A stretch of 64,000 bases of DNA. Origin: Halarcobacter sp. GTDB taxonomy: Bacteria > Campylobacterota > Campylobacteria > Campylobacterales > Arcobacteraceae. The stretch spans positions 672,001-736,000 of the forward strand of contig OY781089.1 of the NCBI GenBank assembly GCA_963676565.1. Direction: 5' to 3'. The position numbers and the translations under genes were made by a program. The notes beneath the pieces were generated by a model. That model saw only the letters and a program-made list of their open reading frames with translations. It did no database searches and had not been told where the DNA came from. Of the stretch, positions 57,938 through 64,000 are shown piece by piece; the first letter of the stretch is position 1, and the number at the start of each line of letters is the position of its first letter.

Positions 57938-59485
57938 ATGCAAGACGTAGAAAATATAGTAAACGGACAAAAACTATTCTTAAAACCTGAATATCAACAA
58001 GTTTTAAAGAATAAGAAAGAATTTGAAGGGGCTGCTGGTGCAGTTGCTCCTGAAAAAGTAGCAGAAATTGCTGAGTGGACAAAATCTTGGGATTATAGAG
58101 AGAAAAACTTGAGCCGAGAAGCAATTACTGTAAATCCAGCTAAAGCATGTCAACCTTTAGGTGCTGTTATGGTTGGATTAGGTTTTGAAAACACTATGCC
58201 TTATGTTCATGGTTCTCATGGATGTGTTGCATATTTTAGAACATATTTTACTAGACACTTTAAAGAACCAACTCCATGCGTTTCTGACTCAATGTCTGAA
58301 TCTGCAGCGGTATTTGGTGGTTTAGCAAATATGAAAGATGGTTTAAGAAACTGTAATGCTTTATATAAACCTGAAATGATTGCAGTATCTACTACTTGTA
58401 TGGCAGAAGTTATCGGTGATGACTTAAATGCCTTTATTACAGGTGCTAGAGAAGATGCTGAAGGTGAATTAGATAATATCGAAATCCCTTATGCACATAC
58501 TCCTTCATTTGTTGGGTCTCATATTACAGGTTATGATAATATGATGAAATCTACTTTAGAACAGTTAAACCCAACTAAATCTGAAGCAGTTTTAGATGAA
58601 GAAAGAATTAATATCATTCCAGGTTTTGAACCATATTTAGGATCTTTAAGAGAAATCAAAAAAATCTCTAAATTATTTGGTGATAAAATCATTATGATTG
58701 GTGACCATGAAGAGCAATGGGATACAGGAGCTGGTAAATATTCTATGTACGCAGGTGGTACTTCAATTGCAGATGCTAAAACAGCAATTAATGCAAAAGC
58801 AACTATCTCTTTACAAAAATATTCAACAGTTGCAACTGCTAAAACTATTAAAAACAAATGGAAACAAGACTTTGCTACTTGTAACCCAATTGGATTAAGT
58901 GGTACTGATGCCTTTGTTATGAAGTTAGCTGAATTAACTGGTAAAGATGTTCCTGAAGAATTAAAAGTTCAAAGAGCTAGATTAGTTGATGCAATGCAAG
59001 ATTCATATCCATATATGCATGGTAAGAAAATTGCAATCTGGGGAGATCCTGATTTCCTATTAGGAATGGTTTCATTCTTAATTGAAATGGGTGCGATTCC
59101 AACTCATATCGTATGTCACAATGCTCCAAGAAAAGGTTGGGCTGATGATATGAATGCTATCATTGAAAAATCAAATGCAAAAGATGAAATCAATGTATGG
59201 CCAGGTAAAGACCTTTGGGCATTAAGATCGTTATTATTTACAGAGCCAGTAGACTTTATGATTGGTAATGTTTATGGTAAAGAACTTTACAGAGATACAA
59301 AAATTCCATTAATCAGAATTGGTTTCCCAATTTTTGATAGACACCATTTACATAGATACTCAATGAGTGGATATGAAGGTGCATTAAATCTATTAACATG
59401 GATTACAAATGGTATTTTAGATCAACTAGATGAAGAGACTAAAGATATTGCCGAAACAGATTATTTCTTCGATTCTGTAAGATAA
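57938..59485 (+). CDS. nifK: nitrogenase MoFe protein beta chain
   Basis: NPAKACQPLGA, GSHGCVAY, TTCMAEVIGDD, GFPIFDRHH; start moved to the ATG after AAGGAG. Confidence 0.98.
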   Translation: MQDVENIVNGQKLFLKPEYQQVLKNKKEFEGAAGAVAPEKVAEIAEWTKSWDYREKNLSREAITVNPAKACQPLGAVMVGLGFENTMPYVHGSHGCVAYFRTYFTRHFKEPTPCVSDSMSESAAVFGGLANMKDGLRNCNALYKPEMIAVSTTCMAEVIGDDLNAFITGAREDAEGELDNIEIPYAHTPSFVGSHITGYDNMMKSTLEQLNPTKSEAVLDEERINIIPGFEPYLGSLREIKKISKLFGDKIIMIGDHEEQWDTGAGKYSMYAGGTSIADAKTAINAKATISLQKYSTVATAKTIKNKWKQDFATCNPIGLSGTDAFVMKLAELTGKDVPEELKVQRARLVDAMQDSYPYMHGKKIAIWGDPDFLLGMVSFLIEMGAIPTHIVCHNAPRKGWADDMNAIIEKSNAKDEINVWPGKDLWALRSLLFTEPVDFMIGNVYGKELYRDTKIPLIRIGFPIFDRHHLHRYSMSGYEGALNLLTWITNGILDQLDEETKDIAETDYFFDSVR

Positions 59486-59507
59486 TCAAGATATTAATCT
59501 GAAAATT

Positions 59508-59538
59508 AACTAGAGGGATTCCCTTCTAGTTTTTTTTA
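59508..59538 (+). terminator. rho-independent terminator of the nifHDK operon
   Basis: AACTAGAGGG-att-CCCTTCTAGTT followed by a T run. Confidence 0.8.
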
Positions 59539-59542
59539 ATAT

Positions 59543-59636
59543 ACCGTTATATACTAAGGTAAACAATGGTATGATTTTGTTTCGAGCTTTTGCTCTTTTT
59601 TTTAATATATCGTTATATACCTAGATATATAACAAT
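59543..59636 (+). promoter_or_regulatory. two ModE boxes
   Basis: ATCGTTATATA-CCTAGA-TATATAACAAT 59609-59636; weaker ACCGTTATATA-CTAAGG-TAAACAATGGT 59543-59570. Confidence 0.85.
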
Positions 59637-59647
59637 AAGGAAAAACA

Positions 59648-60430
59648 ATGGAATTTACTTCATCACTTGCTATTTTAAATTCTCAAACCCCATTTCTTCT
59701 TGAAAAAAGAATTAAACTTTTAAAGGAGATTGCAATAGTCGGGTCAATCTCAAAAGCAGCTAAAAATGTTCCTATGAGCTATAAAACTGCTTGGGAAGCC
59801 ATTGATACTATAAACAATCTATGTCCTGAAAAAGTTGTAACAAAAGAAACTGGTGGAGTTGGTGGAGGTGGAGCAAAATTAACACCCTATGGAAAAAATC
59901 TAATTGAAACCTATGAAAAAGTTCAATATGAACATGAGAAGTTTTTAAAAACTCTCTCAAATTTAACAGATTTCAACACAGGAAGTTTAAAATCACTTCG
60001 AAGGATAAATATGCAATTAAGTACAAGAAATCAAATACAAGGTATAGTTGAACTTATTAACAAAGGGGGAGTTAACTCAGAAGTTTTTATAAAACTTAAA
60101 AGTGGATATACCCTTGTGGCAATTATTACTAATAGTGCAGTTGATTCACTAGATCTTGCGATTGGAGATGAGGTGACTTCTTTATTTAAATCAAGTTCAG
60201 TTTTAGTAACTACAGATTGTAGTTTAACAATTAGTGCAAGAAATAAACTACAAGGAAAAGTTACAAATATAACTGATGGAGAAGTAAATTCAGAAGTTAG
60301 TATTGATATTGGTAATGGTGATATTGTTGCATCAATAATTACCTCAGATTCTGTAAGAAGCCTAGGTTTAAAGGTTTCAGATGAGGTTAGTGCTGTAATA
60401 AAAGCTAGTGATGTAATGATTGGAAAATAA
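59648..60430 (+). CDS. modE: molybdate-responsive regulator ModE
   Basis: GSISKAAK...MSYKTAW HTH, GGVGGGGA, two TOBE (STRN/SARN) domains. Confidence 0.93.
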   Translation: MEFTSSLAILNSQTPFLLEKRIKLLKEIAIVGSISKAAKNVPMSYKTAWEAIDTINNLCPEKVVTKETGGVGGGGAKLTPYGKNLIETYEKVQYEHEKFLKTLSNLTDFNTGSLKSLRRINMQLSTRNQIQGIVELINKGGVNSEVFIKLKSGYTLVAIITNSAVDSLDLAIGDEVTSLFKSSSVLVTTDCSLTISARNKLQGKVTNITDGEVNSEVSIDIGNGDIVASIITSDSVRSLGLKVSDEVSAVIKASDVMIGK

Positions 60431-60453
60431 AAAATAAGAAAAAAGGAAAATAG

Positions 60454-61194
60454 ATGAAAAAGATTTTAGTATTTGTATTTTTAGGTTTGGTATCACTTTA
60501 TGGTGAAAAGATAAATATAGCAGTTGCTGCAAATGTGAGTTATGCAATTGATGATTTAATAAAAGAGTTTAATAAATCAAATCCTGATACAGAAGTTCAA
60601 GTAACCCTTGGAAGTAGTGGAAAACTAACTGCTCAAATAAAAAATGGTGCCCCATACGATTTATTTATGGCTGCAAATATGAAATACCCTGAAGCTCTTG
60701 AAAAAGACGAGATTGCAGTTACAAAACCAATAGTTTATGCCCAAGGAAGTTTAGCAATGCTAAGTGCAAAAAAGATTGATTTTTCAAAGGGTTTAGCTCT
60801 TTTGAAAGAGGATAAAATAAAAAAAATTGCTATTGCAAATCCAAAAACTGCACCTTACGGAAAAGCAACAATTGAAGCTTTAAAAAATGCAAAGATTGAT
60901 GTTACTAAAAAGTTTGTTTATGGTGAATCTATCTCTCAAACAGTAAGTTATGCTATTACTGCGGCTGATTTAGGTTTTATTGCAAAGTCTTCATTATACA
61001 GCCCAAAAATGAAAAAGTTTGAAAAAAACTCAAATTGGGTAGATGTTGACCCCAAACTATATACGCCTATAAATCAAGGTATAGTAATATTAAGAAAAGC
61101 AAAGTCATCAAAGGATACAAAAGCATTTTATGATTTTATCCTAAGTGATAGTGCAAAAAAAATATTTAAAGAGTTTGGTTATTTGGTTCCATGA
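60454..61194 (+). CDS. modA: molybdate ABC transporter substrate-binding protein
   Basis: AVAAN, GSSGKL.AQI.NGAP.D.F, ANPKTAPYG. Confidence 0.93.
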   Translation: MKKILVFVFLGLVSLYGEKINIAVAANVSYAIDDLIKEFNKSNPDTEVQVTLGSSGKLTAQIKNGAPYDLFMAANMKYPEALEKDEIAVTKPIVYAQGSLAMLSAKKIDFSKGLALLKEDKIKKIAIANPKTAPYGKATIEALKNAKIDVTKKFVYGESISQTVSYAITAADLGFIAKSSLYSPKMKKFEKNSNWVDVDPKLYTPINQGIVILRKAKSSKDTKAFYDFILSDSAKKIFKEFGYLVP

Positions 61195-61592
61195 ATAAAT
61201 TAGAGGTAATTGTCAAAAAAATTGACGCTGTAGAGTCTTTGCATATTGTGAGTTTTGATTTCTTTGGAGTCGAGCTTAAAATGATGAGTTTAGAACTTAA
61301 TGAAAAAATATCTGTAGGAACAAAAGTTGTTCTTGCAGTAAAACCTACTCATGTTAGTTTTGCTAAAAACTTTGCTGGGCATATAAGTGTTACAAATCAG
61401 TTTAAAGCAAGAATTAAAGGTATAAATAAAGGTAAACTTCTAAGTAGTGCAATTTTTGAGGCAAAATACACTCTAATTGAATCTGTTTTTACAAGTGATA
61501 GTCTAAGGAGATTAAATCTTCAAGTAAATGATGAGTTTTTAATTCTTATAAAAGCAAGTGATATATCAATAAAGGAGATAATAAATGATTGA
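61191..61592 (+). CDS. TOBE (Mop) domain protein
   Basis: Two TOBE-like repeats ending VKPTHV / IKASDI. Confidence 0.78.
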   Translation: MNKLEVIVKKIDAVESLHIVSFDFFGVELKMMSLELNEKISVGTKVVLAVKPTHVSFAKNFAGHISVTNQFKARIKGINKGKLLSSAIFEAKYTLIESVFTSDSLRRLNLQVNDEFLILIKASDISIKEIIND

Positions 61593-62268
61593 GAATTTTA
61601 ATTTTGAACCCTTTCTTATCTCTTTTAAGTTAGCTTTTTTTACAACAGTAATATTGTTTATACTAGCATTACCCCTTTCATGGTATTTATCTCAAACCAA
61701 ATCAAAATATAAACCTTTTATTGAAGCTATTACCGCATTGCCAATTGTTCTTCCCCCTTCTGTTTTAGGCTTTTATATCCTTTGGGCATTATCTTATAAT
61801 TCACCAATTGGAAACTTTTTCGAAGAAACATTTGGCATAAAACTTGTTTTCAATTTTACAGGACTTATAATAGCTAGTTGTTTTTATTCTTTGCCTTTTA
61901 TGGTACAACCCCTTCAAAGTGGCTTTGAAAGTTTAAATAAAAATATGTTAGAAGCTAGTTTTGTTGCTGGTAAAGGTAAAATTGAAACTATATTTAAAAT
62001 AGCTATTCCAAATATAAAACCAGCATTATTAACAGCTATTATTGTAACATTTGCACATACTGTTGGTGAGTTTGGAGTTGTTTTAATGGTGGGAGGAAGT
62101 ATCCCCGGAGAAACGAAGGTAGCCTCAGTTGCTATTTATGAATTTGTTGAGATTATGGATTATACGTCAGCTCACATTTATAGTGGGATTATGATTGTTA
62201 TTAGTTTTTTAGTATTGCTTAGCGTGTATATCTTTAATCAAAAACAAAATAAAAAATTTGGTATTTAA
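61585..62268 (+). CDS. modB: molybdate ABC transporter permease
   Basis: LPIVLPPSVLGFY, FAHTVGEFGVVLMVGG.IPGET. Confidence 0.93.
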   Translation: MIENFNFEPFLISFKLAFFTTVILFILALPLSWYLSQTKSKYKPFIEAITALPIVLPPSVLGFYILWALSYNSPIGNFFEETFGIKLVFNFTGLIIASCFYSLPFMVQPLQSGFESLNKNMLEASFVAGKGKIETIFKIAIPNIKPALLTAIIVTFAHTVGEFGVVLMVGGSIPGETKVASVAIYEFVEIMDYTSAHIYSGIMIVISFLVLLSVYIFNQKQNKKFGI

Positions 62269-62278
62269 AGAGAAAATT

Positions 62279-62956
62279 ATGAAACTTGAAAATAAAAAAC
62301 TTATTATATTTGATTTTGATGGAACTTTAATTGATAGTGCCCCTGATTTAACTGAGGCAGTTAATTATATGCGTGAGAAACTTCATATGGAGCCTGTTTC
62401 TATTGAAAGTGTAAGGCTATGGATTGGAAATGGTGCTTCAAAACTTGTAAAAAGAGCCTTATGTAGTAATGTAGTTGTAGATAAAGAAAAATTTAATGAA
62501 GAGGTTTTTACAAAAGCTTTAGGATATTTCTTTGACCATTACTCTTTAAATGTTGCAAAGCATACAACACTTTATGAGGGAGTAGAAGAGACCTTAGATG
62601 AGTTAAAAGAAAAAAAATATAGTTTTGCTATAGCTACAAATAAACCCCACGAATTTATTGAACCAATTTTAGAAAAATTTGAATTAAAATCATATTTTAA
62701 ACTTTATCTTGGTGGAAATAGCGTTGAAAAGAAAAAGCCAGATCCTATGATGTTACTTAGAATTTGTGAAGAGTTAGGCCATTCAGTTGAAGAGAGTGTT
62801 ATGATTGGTGATTCTAAAAATGACATATTATCAGCAAAAAATGCAAATATGGATTCAATTGCTATGACCTATGGTTATAACTATGATGAGGATATAAAAA
62901 TTTATGAACCAAATATAATATGTGATAAATTCAAGCAGTTAAATGAGGTTTTATAG
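62279..62956 (+). CDS. gph: phosphoglycolate phosphatase (HAD family)
   Basis: FDFDGTLIDSAPDL, TNKP, KKPDP, IGDSKND, YGYNY. Confidence 0.88.
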   Translation: MKLENKKLIIFDFDGTLIDSAPDLTEAVNYMREKLHMEPVSIESVRLWIGNGASKLVKRALCSNVVVDKEKFNEEVFTKALGYFFDHYSLNVAKHTTLYEGVEETLDELKEKKYSFAIATNKPHEFIEPILEKFELKSYFKLYLGGNSVEKKKPDPMMLLRICEELGHSVEESVMIGDSKNDILSAKNANMDSIAMTYGYNYDEDIKIYEPNIICDKFKQLNEVL

Positions 62957-62973
62957 TTTAGATGCAAGAGAAG

Positions 62974-64000
62974 ATGAAGATTGCAATTATTGGTGCAGGA
63001 ATAGCAGGTAGTACAGCGGCAATTTATTTAGGAAAATTAGGTCTTGATATAACTTTATTTGAAAGGGGAAACTCAATAGTTAGTGGTCCTCCCTTTTGTC
63101 ATCTACATGCAGGTGGTAACCTTTATCGTGAGATATCTGATGAAGCTTGTGTAACTTTATTAAAAGAATCAATTGAGTTATTAAGAATGTATCCACAAGT
63201 AATTGATTATAGACCAACAGTTTTAGCTATACCTACCGTTGATAATGGTGAAGCAAAAGATCTGTTTAAAAGACTTGATATTTTAAAAGAAGAGTATAGA
63301 AAACTTGTAGATGAAGATGTTAAAAATGAAGTTCTAGGGAAAGTTGAAGATTATTATAAGGTTTATTCAAAAGAAGAATTAAAAAAATTAAAAGAGAAAA
63401 AGACTGAAAAAAACCCTAAAAGTTTTGATGAGTGGATGATCCCTGTTGCAAAAAATGTAGACCTTGATAAAATAAAAGATACCTTGATAATGGTACAAGA
63501 ATATGGTTTAAATATTTTTAGATTAAGTGCAAGTGCTAAAATGACCTTAGATGAAATGTCAAATGTAAATATTAAACTAAATACTACAGTTTCCAATATT
63601 ATAGAAGATGAAAGTCTAAAAAACTTTGTAATTGAGTTTAAAAATGATGAGCTAATAAATGAACAAAGATTTGATTATATAATCAATGCCGCAGGTTTTA
63701 GAACAGGTAAGATTGATGACATGCTTAAAGTAAAGGCTAAAAGATTAGTTGAGTTTAAATCTGCATATGTTAGTAAATGGAATGACTGTGATACTATTTG
63801 GCCAGAGGTTATTTTTTATGGGACAAGGGGAACACCACAAGGAATGGCTCAATTTACACCATATCCAAATGGCCATTTTCAAATACATGGGATGACAGAA
63901 GAGATTACATTATTCAAAAATGGTCTAGCAAAAAGTTGTGAAAATAGTTCTCAACCAAAATTAGAAAAAAAGTTTGTGAAAAAGATTACCCAAGGTTGGG
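62974..64000 (+). CDS. FAD-dependent oxidoreductase (truncated by window end)
   Basis: MKIAIIGAGIAG Rossmann motif, then SGPPFCHLHAGGNLY; frame appears open to the window end. Confidence 0.8.
   Translation, partial: MKIAIIGAGIAGSTAAIYLGKLGLDITLFERGNSIVSGPPFCHLHAGGNLYREISDEACVTLLKESIELLRMYPQVIDYRPTVLAIPTVDNGEAKDLFKRLDILKEEYRKLVDEDVKNEVLGKVEDYYKVYSKEELKKLKEKKTEKNPKSFDEWMIPVAKNVDLDKIKDTLIMVQEYGLNIFRLSASAKMTLDEMSNVNIKLNTTVSNIIEDESLKNFVIEFKNDELINEQRFDYIINAAGFRTGKIDDMLKVKAKRLVEFKSAYVSKWNDCDTIWPEVIFYGTRGTPQGMAQFTPYPNGHFQIHGMTEEITLFKNGLAKSCENSSQPKLEKKFVKKITQGW

Noticed and set aside
59490..59647. Moco riboswitch upstream of modE
   Set aside because: The region is accounted for by the nifK terminator and ModE boxes; no additional multi-stem structure evident

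Overview
AT-rich bacterial chromosome window. Protein styles (RpoN, NrdAB, cytochrome c553, GGAAC-type sigma54 promoters) suggest Campylobacterota, probably Arcobacteraceae (inference). About 1-20 kb holds housekeeping and accessory genes: ogt end, PMM/PGM, cytochromes, MarR/NTF2, LysE/EamA, a putative abortive-infection gene, nrdB-nrdA-purB and a RluA-family synthase. About 20.1-62.3 kb is a dispersed Mo-nitrogenase supercluster: nifQ, nifV, nifB, nifE, nifN, nifX, nifW, nifZ, flavodoxin, ferredoxins, nifH-(unknown ORF)-nifD-nifK and modE-modA-TOBE-modB. It carries its own rpoN and eight GGAA(C/T)-type -24/-12 promoters that can be read directly from the sequence. A Fur-boxed TonB/HemP iron-uptake block plus a diguanylate cyclase splits nifE from nifN. 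The most unusual items are a Shethna-protein-II-like ferredoxin fold lacking three of four cluster cysteines, an unknown ORF between nifH and nifD, a HicB-like/Sel1/NifU-C fusion, tandem Cys-motif-less Tpx-like proteins, several structured intergenic RNAs and unannotated small ORFs. No rRNA, tRNA, CRISPR array or transposase was recognised. All family calls come from motif recognition by eye, not from database searches.
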